From contig JACPKY010000002.1 in the NCBI GenBank assembly GCA_016186795.1, forward strand, positions 282,593-346,592: a DNA stretch of 64,000 nt, read 5' to 3'. Source of the DNA: Candidatus Gottesmanbacteria bacterium (GTDB lineage: Bacteria; Patescibacteriota; Microgenomatia; 2-02-FULL-39-11). The position numbers were made by a program, and so were the translations under genes. This document shows, one piece after another, positions 9,212 through 18,165 of the stretch; the stretch's first letter is position 1, and each line of letters opens with the position of its first letter. The notes under the pieces were generated by a model that was given only the letters and a program-made list of their open reading frames with translations, did no database searches and was not told the DNA's origin.

Positions 9212-11017
9212 TTATGAAATCAACCATTCCTTAAATTTATTATACGGCAAAGTATTCAGTATGTCACCCTTTTGTGCCCAACCTCGTCGCGCAACCGAAA
9301 CTCCATAGCGCATAAGATCCATATGAGTAACATCATGCGAGTCGGTACTAATCACGAGTCGTACCCCCTTTCGAATCGCGTCACGAACTAAATCATCAGG
9401 AAGGTCAAGGCGCTGCGGATATGCATTGATCTCAAGTGCTTTGTTGTGTTTCCCACAAAATGTAAAAATTTCATCCCAATCAACATCGTATCCTTCCCTC
9501 TTGGTTAAGAGTCGTCCTGTTGGATGTCCTAAAATCTTTGCTTTTGGGTGGGAAAGACCAGAAAGAATTCTTTGAGTCATACGAGACTTATCCATGTTGA
9601 ACACTGAATGAATCGAAACTATGGCAGCATCAATATACGCAAAACTATTTTGAGGAAGAGCTAATTTCCCATCAGGAAGGATATCTATCTCCAACATGAG
9701 AAATAATTTTACTCGAGTACTTTTTGTTGAACTATATATTTGTTCATAATAGGATTTACGCCTTTTCATAATAGATAAAATTTCTATTTCAGAATGCTCG
9801 GAAACTCTCGGATTGTGATCGCTTATACCGACATACTCATACTTACGTACATCTGCATACTTTAGGATCTCTTTTAAATCCGACGACCCTAAATCATGCG
9901 AGGGTTTAAGATCATAACTTGTATGGATATGGAGATCCCCTTTTATATCTTGCATCTTTACAAGCTCTGGTAATCGATTTGCGAGTGATGCTTCAATTTC
10001 ACCTCGATCCTCTCGGATTTCAGGAGGAATCCAATGCATTCCCAAGAAGCGATAGAAGCCTTCTTCCTTCTGGAATTCATAGAGATTCTTTTTTTTGTTG
10101 TAATTATTCCCATATCCCTTTTTGGATTTAGATTTCGTCAATGGTTTAATCCCATACTCGTTGAGTGAATACCCTTGCTTTAGAGCAAGCTCACGAAGGT
10201 GAATGTTGTGCTGTTTGCTTCCGGTAAAATATTGAACCATTGATCCAAACGTTTTAGGATCTTGGACGCGTACATCGACTTGTCTTCCGTTTGTCAGCAC
10301 AATTGATGCACCTGTTGGTCCTCGCTCGATAAGCTCCTGCTTTTTTGGATACTTAAGAAACCAACCCAGCACGCTCTCGGGATTTTTTGTGGAAACAGCA
10401 AAGTCAATATCGCCTATCGTTGCAACTTGTCTTCTTAGACTTCCCAAAGGAATTGCTTCAAACACATCTCTATGTCTTTGCAGATACTCTCCAACTTCAT
10501 CGGCAATAACTGATGCGACTGGTAATGTTATTCGATTTTCTTTCAGTTGTCCCTTCTGGAAGCGTTGTATTGACTCAACAATGTCTTTTTGGGACTTTTC
10601 ACCAAATCCGGCGAGTCGTGCTATTTTTCCTTGCCCTGCCGCTCTAAGAAGATCATCGATTGCAGATTTTGGACTTGTTATATGAAGCTCTTTTGTAAGC
10701 TGCAAAGCCCGCTTGGGACCAAATCCAGGAATATCTAGTAATGCAAACATCGCTTCAGGCACTTTCTTGCGGACAGAGTCGAAATGCTTTACTTCTCCGG
10801 TTTTGAAAAGTTCTTCAAGGTAAGAAGAAATCGAGGAACCTACTCCAGGAAGTGAAGTCAGTTTCCCTTCTTTCCATAGATCTTCCACATCAACAGTTGA
10901 AGCATCTATCGTGTCTGCAGCACGTTCATATGCAATGGTACGGAATCTATTTTCTTCTTTTAAAAGATATACTGCCGCTACTTCTCGCAGAAGTTTTGCT
11001 ACTTCTTTATTTGTCAT
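9212..11017 (-). CDS. polX: DNA polymerase X family with C-terminal PHP phosphoesterase domain
   Basis: N-terminal HhH and Pol-beta-like nucleotidyltransferase region, C-terminal PHP (HIHTSYD...SDHN...DSH); 601 aa. Confidence 0.8.
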   Translation of the reverse strand: MTNKEVAKLLREVAAVYLLKEENRFRTIAYERAADTIDASTVDVEDLWKEGKLTSLPGVGSSISSYLEELFKTGEVKHFDSVRKKVPEAMFALLDIPGFGPKRALQLTKELHITSPKSAIDDLLRAAGQGKIARLAGFGEKSQKDIVESIQRFQKGQLKENRITLPVASVIADEVGEYLQRHRDVFEAIPLGSLRRQVATIGDIDFAVSTKNPESVLGWFLKYPKKQELIERGPTGASIVLTNGRQVDVRVQDPKTFGSMVQYFTGSKQHNIHLRELALKQGYSLNEYGIKPLTKSKSKKGYGNNYNKKKNLYEFQKEEGFYRFLGMHWIPPEIREDRGEIEASLANRLPELVKMQDIKGDLHIHTSYDLKPSHDLGSSDLKEILKYADVRKYEYVGISDHNPRVSEHSEIEILSIMKRRKSYYEQIYSSTKSTRVKLFLMLEIDILPDGKLALPQNSFAYIDAAIVSIHSVFNMDKSRMTQRILSGLSHPKAKILGHPTGRLLTKREGYDVDWDEIFTFCGKHNKALEINAYPQRLDLPDDLVRDAIRKGVRLVISTDSHDVTHMDLMRYGVSVARRGWAQKGDILNTLPYNKFKEWLIS

Positions 11018-11088
11018 AAAATACCCACAAAAAGTGTAGCATATCTATTGACCCTCTCACAATCATCTGATATTATCCGGATACGTTT

Positions 11089-11164
11089 GGGCTCGTGGTG
11101 TAGCGGTCAACATGTCGCCCTGTCGAGGCGAAGATCACCGGTTCGAATCCGGCCGGGCCCGCCA
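11089..11164 (+). tRNA. tRNA-Asp (anticodon GTC), CCA encoded
   Basis: Hand-folded cloverleaf: acceptor GGGCTCG/CGGGCCC, anticodon stem TCGCC/GGCGA, loop CTGTCGA, T-loop TTCGAAT. There is one A:C mismatch in the T-stem. Confidence 0.75.
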
Positions 11165-11186
11165 CGTAATAAATTTTTCTAGCGAA

Positions 11187-11217
11187 AAATTTAAACGTGG
11201 CTGGAACGTTTAAATTT
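11187..11217. repeat. Perfect 12-bp inverted repeat hairpin (AAATTTAAACGT-ggctgga-ACGTTTAAATTT) between tRNA-Asp and the LysM gene
   Basis: Seen directly in the sequence. It could be a tRNA transcript terminator or processing signal, or an operator of the downstream gene. Confidence 0.4.
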
Positions 11218-11288
11218 ATGAAATAAATTTATTCCGTTCCGCCTCAGCTTTTTTATCTCTGCCCAGAAAAGGAGGATTTTATTGGCAG

Positions 11289-11834
11289 ATGTGGAAAAAA
11301 TATCTAAAAGAACTCAGCTTTCCTGAATCATATATCTCAATTACTCTTGGCTTTCTCGTTGTTGTGGTAGGCGGAATGCTTCTTTATAACTTCTTTACCA
11401 AAAACCGACCAGGAACTATTATTACGAACGAAACATCGAATACGACATCATCACAGGAAGTAGCGGTACTACCAACGACACACAAGGTTGGAGAGAATGA
11501 ATCACTTTGGGTCATTGCTCAGAAATACTACAACTCTGGGTATAACTGGGTGACGATTGCGAAGGCGAATAATTTGGTAAATCCTGATCGGATAGAGGTA
11601 GGACAGGAAATGATTATCCCAAAGGCAGAAACAATCACACCCCCTTCCGGAGAAGTTTCATCAATAGCAACTGTAGTTCCCAAGACATATACAGTTGTCA
11701 AAGGTGATGATTTGTGGAATATTGCTGTCCGAGAGTATGGAGATGGTTACGCATGGGTGAGGATTGCGAAGGAGAATAATTTGGCAAACCCAAATATCAT
11801 TCACCCTGGAAATGTATTGATGTTACCAAGATAA
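11289..11834 (+). CDS. Membrane-anchored protein with two LysM peptidoglycan-binding repeats
   Basis: N-terminal TM helix; two LysM repeats (HKVGENESLWVIAQKYYN...IEVGQEMIIP and YTVVKGDDLWNIAVREYGDGY...GNVLMLP); GGAGG SD upstream. Confidence 0.8.
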   Translation: MWKKYLKELSFPESYISITLGFLVVVVGGMLLYNFFTKNRPGTIITNETSNTTSSQEVAVLPTTHKVGENESLWVIAQKYYNSGYNWVTIAKANNLVNPDRIEVGQEMIIPKAETITPPSGEVSSIATVVPKTYTVVKGDDLWNIAVREYGDGYAWVRIAKENNLANPNIIHPGNVLMLPR

Positions 11835-12147
11835 GAAATCCTTTTATCTTCTCTTTTTTTAAAGAGAGTGTAAGGGGATTATATTTCTCGCCGTAGTCAA
11901 ACGTATCAAGCTTCTCATACCGCTTGAGACGGATAATAATGGCCTAGATCAATGGCGTTATAAGAATCTCATACTCGTATCCCCTCGTTGACCAATAATT
12001 GTTGATCATTGGAAAACTCACCTACGAAGTAGGCCGCGATTGCGGCAAAAACAATAAGAACAGCAATAACAACATACGCAGGAGATATGCTGTCCGGATA
12101 GTGCTTAAATCTTTTTTCCATATACGCTATAATTATACGAAATTAAA

Positions 12148-12221
12148 GCGGGATTAGTACACCGGTAGTATGCCACCTTCCCAAGGTGGAGAAGGGGGTT
12201 CGATTCCCCTATCCCGCTCCA
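12148..12221 (+). tRNA. tRNA-Gly (anticodon CCC), CCA encoded
   Basis: Acceptor GCGGGAT/ATCCCGC, anticodon stem CCACC/GGTGG, loop TTCCCAA, T-loop TTCGATT. Confidence 0.8.
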
Positions 12222-12284
12222 GACGGGATAGCTCGAGAAATCGAAGCTATCTAGCCTCAAAAATACGATGCAACGCGTATTGAC

Positions 12285-12737
12285 TTGATACAACCTTTTC
12301 AAGGCTATTTTAAATTTGAAGGAACGGGATTTGAACCATTTAATTATATGAATGTCAAAGTAACAAAATTATCCGATGAGCAACTTGAATCTTTTAGATT
12401 TTATCGTTCATCTATGGGATCTCTAGCAACTTTATCTCTGCCAGGTACTTATCCTACTGAATTGAAAAATTGTGGAATTAAGGAAAGAAAATTACCAAAT
12501 CAACTTGTTGGATTTAATGTAGCTAGTCCTTCAGGAAGTCAAATCGTTATTCAAACGGTATTTTATGATCCTAAAGATAGATGCGATAATGGAGATTTGC
12601 ATGTAATTAATTTTGAATCGAAAGAAATTGAGAGTTACTATCGTGGCTGGGGAACTTGGACACATCATTATGGAAATAAACATTGGGAAAACAAGGATTA
12701 TTTAAGAGTAGGTTCAACTCCTATAACTAGTCGATGA
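12285..12737 (+). CDS. Hypothetical protein (no recognised domain)
   Basis: 150-aa ORF in the AT-rich stretch right after tRNA-Gly; the true start may be the internal MNVKV. Confidence 0.35.
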   Translation: MIQPFQGYFKFEGTGFEPFNYMNVKVTKLSDEQLESFRFYRSSMGSLATLSLPGTYPTELKNCGIKERKLPNQLVGFNVASPSGSQIVIQTVFYDPKDRCDNGDLHVINFESKEIESYYRGWGTWTHHYGNKHWENKDYLRVGSTPITSR

Positions 12738-13374
12738 GCAAGGATTTCAAAACTTCTTGAGCGTAGACAATATCTTTGTTCATGACGAGAATTAATATTT
12801 CTCCCCCTATTGTATGAAAGGAATGAATAGATATTTTCGCTTCGACTAGTCCAGCAGTGATGAGATTATAAACACCAGGTACTTGTCGTAATTCGATTGG
12901 AAAGTTAATTGAAATAAAACCCAGTCCCTCTGTTGCATGACTGATTAGCTTTTTTAGCCTTATGTCAGTCAGAAATTCAATAATAGGGTAATCGGTGATT
13001 ACTACCATTTCTTTTTCTCCCTCAATCATAGAAATAAAATACTTCGTTTGAGAAATTTTATTTACGATACTCAAACAGTGCTGTCGATTTTCCAGAGTTT
13101 TGTTTAAAATAAGCTCGTGAATGTTGGTTCTGGTAACAAGCTGAAGTGGGTACTTTGAAAAATCTAAGGAAATAGTTTCACTTTTGGGAAGCTTTACAAT
13201 ATTTCTTCTTAACTCCATACTAAGAGCCGTCAATGAAATATCTTTACTGATCTGCTTGTCATTGATTTTTATATATCGAGCCAAAGCATTAAGGTTTATG
13301 ATACCCTTTTGAATGTAGCCAGTGAGTAGTGGATGTCGTTTCAGATAAGCTAATATCGTATTTGACATATTCAA
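12727..13374 (-). CDS. Putative transcriptional regulator: N-terminal winged-HTH plus C-terminal ACT-like ligand-binding domain (COG2150-like)
   Basis: N-terminal ILAYLKRHPLLTGYIQKGIINLNALARYI resembles an HTH. The C-terminal GVYNLITAGLVEAKISIHSFHTIGGEILILV looks like an ACT/RAM fold. The assignment rests on pattern only. Confidence 0.35.
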   Translation of the reverse strand: MNMSNTILAYLKRHPLLTGYIQKGIINLNALARYIKINDKQISKDISLTALSMELRRNIVKLPKSETISLDFSKYPLQLVTRTNIHELILNKTLENRQHCLSIVNKISQTKYFISMIEGEKEMVVITDYPIIEFLTDIRLKKLISHATEGLGFISINFPIELRQVPGVYNLITAGLVEAKISIHSFHTIGGEILILVMNKDIVYAQEVLKSLLID

Positions 13375-13431
13375 GTGATTAAGTTATAATTGTTATTATT
13401 ATATCACATTTGTTAATATTTTAACAATTAT

Positions 13432-13830
13432 ATGTATAAGGCAGCTATTATTATTGATTCCGAACAACCGACAGGCTTATTAGCTAACTCGGTTGCTTGT
13501 ATCGCTTCAGGCCTATTTTTGGATGGAAAAGACTACGTTGGACCGGAAATTCAAGGAAAAGATGTAACTTACATTCCTATTACAAAGATCCCTATCTTAA
13601 TTCTTAAACCTGGGAACAGATCCTTATTCGAACTTTGCAAACAAGCACGAGGAATGAATTTAAAATTCATGGCATTTACCAAAGAAGGACAATCTACAAC
13701 GGATTATAATCAATATGAAAAAAGAGTTTCTGGTCTACCACTTGATTCAGTAACTCTAGTTGGGTTAGGAGTAGTTGGTGAAGAAAAAGTTGTTAATTCG
13801 TTGGTAGGTAGTTTGCCAATGCTTCGCTAG
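13432..13830 (+). CDS. DUF2000-like small protein
   Basis: 132 aa; N-terminal KAAIIIDSEQPTGLLANSVACIASGLF resembles the DUF2000 family consensus as recalled; function unknown. Confidence 0.5.
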   Translation: MYKAAIIIDSEQPTGLLANSVACIASGLFLDGKDYVGPEIQGKDVTYIPITKIPILILKPGNRSLFELCKQARGMNLKFMAFTKEGQSTTDYNQYEKRVSGLPLDSVTLVGLGVVGEEKVVNSLVGSLPMLR

Positions 13831-13997
13831 CTTGACTGCCTAGTTATTTTTCTTCTCCAAATGATTGATAAGCTTCCATCAACTTGTTAAAATGTGCTAA
13901 GAGCTCGATGAGACGCGGTTCAAATAGAAGTCCGTCTCCCGCTCCTTTTATCAAAAAGCTCGAACTTATTTTATCAAAAATCACTGACAAATCATAG

Positions 13998-14095
13998 CAA
14001 AATTTTTCGCGCCGGAAATAAAAAAGGGGAAAACACGCTTGGCCCACCCGCCCATCCGCGCCTGTCAAAATGGTCCTCCCACTAAAACAAAAAAA
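13998..14095. repeat. Left copy of a ~95-bp imperfect inverted repeat flanking the riboflavin operon
   Basis: gcaaaatttttcgcgccggaaat..aggggaaaa..cacgcttggcccacccgcccatccgcgcc aligns with the reverse complement of 17633-17730, including a shared 19-mer cggcgcgaaaaattttgc. It is GC-rich relative to its surroundings. Confidence 0.5.
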
Positions 14096-14117
14096 AGATG
14101 TATACTATAAATATTCC

Positions 14118-14278
14118 TTCGGGGTTGGGTGTAAGTCCCAATCGGTGGTATAGCCCACGAGTCCCAAAAGGACACGATTTGGTGAAATTCCAAGGCCGAC
14201 CGTATAGTCGGGATGAAAGAAGGAACAATTGCCGTCATTTGATGGGAATTTTGTAACCCCGAAGCATCGGGGTTTTTT
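14118..14278 (+). promoter_or_regulatory. FMN riboswitch (RFN element) with intrinsic terminator expression platform
   Basis: Aptamer cuucgggguugggug...ggugaaauuccaaggccgaccguauagucgggaugaaagaaggaa matches the conserved RFN blocks. Terminator aaccccgaagcaucgggguuuuuu (14255-14278) has a 5' half complementary to the aptamer 5' strand (cuucgggguu), so it can form an anti-terminator. The element sits directly upstream of ribE. Confidence 0.85.
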
Positions 14279-14284
14279 AATGCT

Positions 14285-14863
14285 ATGTTTACAGGAATTA
14301 TTACTCATTTAGGCACAGTCTTTAATAAAACAGAAACCAGTTTAATTATTAAAACTGATAAGGATTTTTTGACTGGATTAGAAAAAGGCACAAGTGTTGC
14401 TATAGATGGAATTTGTTTGACAGTGGTAACTTATAATAAGAATTCCTTTGGGGTAAATATCATGTCAGAAACAACAAACAGAACAAATATACAATATTTA
14501 CAATCAGGAAATCTGGTTAATCTAGAACTGCCGACTACGGCGAATTCATTTTTATCAGGCCATATCGTTTACGGACATATTGACGGCACTGGAAGATTGC
14601 AAAGTATTGTTAAAAACAATAATAGCTACATTCTAAAATTTTCAATTCCTAACTCTCTTTCGAAGTATGTAGTTGAGAAAGGATCAATTGCGGTAAACGG
14701 CATCTCTTTAACCGTAATCAAGTCAGCCGAAAATTATTTTACGGTTGGAATTATTCCCCACACTTGGGAAAAAACAATGCTTCATACAATTAAAGCTGGA
14801 GACGCTGTTAATGTTGAAATAGATATCTTGGCAAAGTATGTCGAGAAGCTTTTAAAAAAATAA
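14285..14863 (+). CDS. ribE: Riboflavin synthase (alpha subunit)
   Basis: MFTGIITHLGTV N-terminus and the internal lumazine-binding repeat ...GHIDGTG. Confidence 0.85.
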   Translation: MFTGIITHLGTVFNKTETSLIIKTDKDFLTGLEKGTSVAIDGICLTVVTYNKNSFGVNIMSETTNRTNIQYLQSGNLVNLELPTTANSFLSGHIVYGHIDGTGRLQSIVKNNNSYILKFSIPNSLSKYVVEKGSIAVNGISLTVIKSAENYFTVGIIPHTWEKTMLHTIKAGDAVNVEIDILAKYVEKLLKK

Positions 14864-14864
14864 A

Positions 14865-15308
14865 ATGAAAAATATTAAACAAATTAAAATTGCCATTATT
14901 AGCAGTTCTTTTCGAGCAGAAGTAACTGAGAATCTGGAAAAAAATTGTATTGCTACGTTTAAAAAGAAAGGGATAACTAAAAATCAAACAGACATTTTCA
15001 GAGTTCCCGGATCACTGGAAATTCCCCTAATTGCAAAAAAAATAGCAAAGAAACATATTTATGACGCAATTATTACTTTTGGCGCAATTGTCAAAGGCAA
15101 AACGTATCACTTTGAGCAAATTGCTAATGAGTGTGCAAGAGGCTGTACGGAGGTTTCTTTACAATATGAAGTCCCCGTTATTTTTGAAGTCTTAGCCGTG
15201 TATAAACTACAAGACGCAATAGAGAGAGCCACACGAAAAGAAGAAAATAAAGGAGTCGAAGCAGCTCTAACCGCACTGGAAATGATTAAAGTTATTTCAA
15301 ATATATGA
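14865..15308 (+). CDS. ribH: 6,7-dimethyl-8-ribityllumazine synthase
   Basis: 147 aa, IAIISSSFRAEVTENL...PGSLEIP...ITFGAIVKG pattern; start is 2 nt after the ribE stop. Confidence 0.85.
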   Translation: MKNIKQIKIAIISSSFRAEVTENLEKNCIATFKKKGITKNQTDIFRVPGSLEIPLIAKKIAKKHIYDAIITFGAIVKGKTYHFEQIANECARGCTEVSLQYEVPVIFEVLAVYKLQDAIERATRKEENKGVEAALTALEMIKVISNI

Positions 15309-16534
15309 ACAGTTATTTCTCAACAATACCAGAAGCGTTAGATCAGATTAAAAAAGGTAGGTTGCTTATTTTGGTAGATAACCCAAAACGTGAGAACGAG
15401 GGAGATTTTTATATTCCGACTGATAAAGTCAGTCCGCAACACATTATTACAATGATTCAGAGAGGAGGAGGATTAGTTTGTACTGCAATTACTCAAGCAC
15501 AGGCTTATCGTCTATCCCTTCCTTTAATGATTGCCCCTCTAAGCAATACTGAAAAAACACATGTGAACTTTACTATTTCAGTAAATGCAAAAAAGGGCAT
15601 TACTACTGGCGTGTCCGCTTTTGACCGAGCAAAAACTATTGGGATTTTAGCAAATCCAAAATCCAAACAATCAGAAATTACTACACCAGGGCATGTTTTT
15701 GGTTTAGTGGCAAAACAGGGTGGGATTTTAGAAAGAGACGGTCATACCGAAGCGGCAGTTGATTTAGCCAGGCTTGCTAATTTTACTCCAGGAGGAGTTT
15801 TGTGCGAGATCGTCAGAAACGATGGAAGAATGGCTAAACTTAAAGATTTAATCAGGCTTTCCAAAAAATTAAACATCAAGATGGTATCAATAAATGACCT
15901 TATTAAATATCTGAAAAAAAATCCCCTACCACCATTACTAGAGAAATCTGAAGTGATCAAAGTTGCCACATCGACACTTCCAACTACATACGGAACATTT
16001 CAAATTTCAATATATAAGTCTATCACGGACAACCATGAACATGCTGTTCTGCTGAAAGGAAATGCGAGACAACCGTTATTAACGCGGGTTCATTCCCAAT
16101 GTTTTACTGGAGATACACTTTTTTCTTTGAGATGTGATTGCAGACAACAGTTGCATCAAAGTATGAAAATGATAAGCAAAGCTCCAAGCGGCGTCATTTT
16201 ATACCTTAACCAAGAAGGCAGGGGTATTGGGCTAGTGAATAAAATCAAAGCATATTCATTACAAGACCAAGGCAATGATACCGTCGAAGCCAATCACAAA
16301 CTTGGCTTTCCAGCTGACGCTAGAAATTACGAGGTGGCAGCTCACATTTTAAAAGATCTGGGAATAAAAAAAATTAATCTTTTGACGAATAATCCAGATA
16401 AAGAAAAACAACTTGCTAGTCTTGGAATCCATATTACCAAGTGTATTCCTATAGAAAGTCGGCATAATGGAGTAAATACCAAGTACCTTGCTACAAAAAG
16501 ACGTAAGTTAGGTCATCGATTAAGCATGATATAA
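15305..16534 (+). CDS. ribBA: Bifunctional 3,4-dihydroxy-2-butanone-4-phosphate synthase / GTP cyclohydrolase II
   Basis: RENEGDFYIP (DHBP synthase) and CDCRQQL zinc site plus GRGIGLVNKIKAY (GTP cyclohydrolase II); overlaps ribH by 4 nt. Confidence 0.9.
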   Translation: MNSYFSTIPEALDQIKKGRLLILVDNPKRENEGDFYIPTDKVSPQHIITMIQRGGGLVCTAITQAQAYRLSLPLMIAPLSNTEKTHVNFTISVNAKKGITTGVSAFDRAKTIGILANPKSKQSEITTPGHVFGLVAKQGGILERDGHTEAAVDLARLANFTPGGVLCEIVRNDGRMAKLKDLIRLSKKLNIKMVSINDLIKYLKKNPLPPLLEKSEVIKVATSTLPTTYGTFQISIYKSITDNHEHAVLLKGNARQPLLTRVHSQCFTGDTLFSLRCDCRQQLHQSMKMISKAPSGVILYLNQEGRGIGLVNKIKAYSLQDQGNDTVEANHKLGFPADARNYEVAAHILKDLGIKKINLLTNNPDKEKQLASLGIHITKCIPIESRHNGVNTKYLATKRRKLGHRLSMI

Positions 16535-16539
16535 CCTTT

Positions 16540-17625
16540 ATGCGCCCTCCTTCCATTTCTGATGAATATTTTATAGATGAGACATTGAGATTGGCAAAAA
16601 AGGCGATGGGATGGACCAATCCTAATCCAATGGTGGGAGCGGTGATCGTAAAGAGGGGTCAAATTATTGCTAAGGGGTATCACAAACGAGTGGGATTTCC
16701 ACATGCTGAAATCGAAGCACTCAACGCTGCAAAAACGAGCGTTGAGGGAGCTACGCTCTATGTCAACCTTGAGCCATGTACTCATTACGGAAGAACGCCG
16801 CCATGTGTTGATGCAATTATTCAAGCGGGAATAAAACGCGTTGTTTGCTCGGTACTTGATCCAAACCCAAAAGTTCACGGGCGTGGGGCAGCTAAACTAA
16901 AACAAGCAGGTATCGCTGTCTCTGTCGGATTAAAAGAAAAAGAATCCCGAGCACTTAATGAGACGTTCTTTACTTTCCATGAAAAAGGACGACCTTTTGT
17001 TGCTATCAAGTTTGCTGCCAGTCTTGATGGAAAAATTGCTACGAAGACAGGTGATTCCAAATGGATCACAAACGAAAAAGCTCGCTTATTTGCTAGAAAG
17101 TTAAGAAGAAAATATCAAGCTATTCTCGTAGGAATCAATACCATAATACGTGATAATCCTCATCTAGGAGTACGCAGTCCGGACAAAAAAGATCCAGTAA
17201 GGGTTATTCTAGATTCCAATCTTCGGATCCCTTTAAATTCTCGTGTGCTTCGGGATAATAATGTTTTAATCGCAACAACCGCCCATGCTTCAAAAAACAA
17301 AAAGGAATTATTGACGAGGCGGGGTATTTCGATTCTCACTTTTGAAAGTAAAAACATACCAGTGAAAGAACTTCTGTTGTCGTTAAGAAGCAGGGAAATT
17401 ATTAGTGTTCTAGTTGAAGGCGGCGGAAAAGTTTTAGGAAATTTTGTTGATGAAAAAATCGTTGATAAAGTATACGCCTCTTATGCTCCAATTCTGATTG
17501 GTGGAGAAAAAGCAGTTACGGTTGGCGGAAAGGGTATAAACAAAATTAATAATGCGTTATGCCTAAAAAGAATCTCTATAAAATGCTTTCAGGACAATTT
17601 TTTTGTCATCGGTTCGCCAATTTAA
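16540..17625 (+). CDS. ribD: Diaminohydroxyphosphoribosylaminopyrimidine deaminase / 5-amino-6-(5-phosphoribosylamino)uracil reductase
   Basis: Deaminase zinc motifs HAEIEAL and PCTHYGRTPPC, C-terminal reductase domain. Confidence 0.85.
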   Translation: MRPPSISDEYFIDETLRLAKKAMGWTNPNPMVGAVIVKRGQIIAKGYHKRVGFPHAEIEALNAAKTSVEGATLYVNLEPCTHYGRTPPCVDAIIQAGIKRVVCSVLDPNPKVHGRGAAKLKQAGIAVSVGLKEKESRALNETFFTFHEKGRPFVAIKFAASLDGKIATKTGDSKWITNEKARLFARKLRRKYQAILVGINTIIRDNPHLGVRSPDKKDPVRVILDSNLRIPLNSRVLRDNNVLIATTAHASKNKKELLTRRGISILTFESKNIPVKELLLSLRSREIISVLVEGGGKVLGNFVDEKIVDKVYASYAPILIGGEKAVTVGGKGINKINNALCLKRISIKCFQDNFFVIGSPI

Positions 17626-17632
17626 TTTCTGT

Positions 17633-17730
17633 AATCGGGACCGTGTGTCGGGGCACGGGCAGGGTGGGGCAACGACACATTTTCTTTTCCCCTCCCTAAT
17701 TTCCAAACGGCGCGAAAAATTTTGCGGGAA
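17633..17730. repeat. Right copy (inverted) of the ~95-bp repeat flanking the riboflavin operon; contains a hairpin (gtgtcg...cgacac) plus T-run
   Basis: Reverse complement aligns with 13998-14095; see that feature. The hairpin/T-run could also act as the ribD terminator. Confidence 0.5.
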
Positions 17731-18165
17731 GCGAGCCCAGCCGAATGGCGGGGCGAGCAATAAGGAGCTCCATACGAATTTAATCGAACTCGTGGATTTT
17801 AGCTTCAAGAAATTGCTAAAATTTAGAAAAATATAATCCTATAACCTTGTACCCTAACGAAAATTGAACTAGTCTTAAACTATCAATTTCTCTTCTTGAT
17901 CGGATTCTTCAAAATTACCCATCCAATCTGACCCATAAAATTGTTGCATAACTGCACAAGCCAGTAGATAAGCAATTTCTTGTATTTCTTTTAATTCTTC
18001 TTCTGATAGGTTAGGGTAATACTTCTTAATTATTTCCAACGGTAACATCTTTAACCACCACCGTCTTTATCAGCAGTTGGAAATTTAGCACATTAAGGAC
18101 AGCTACGTTGGGAAGAGTGACTATAAAAATCTCTTAAATAAGCAGGAGTTAGAGGTGATTACTCT

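Noticed and set aside
13844-14068. 74-aa minus-strand ORF
   Set aside because: It overlaps the GC-rich inverted-repeat element upstream of the FMN riboswitch; the coding assignment was rejected in favour of a non-coding repeat.
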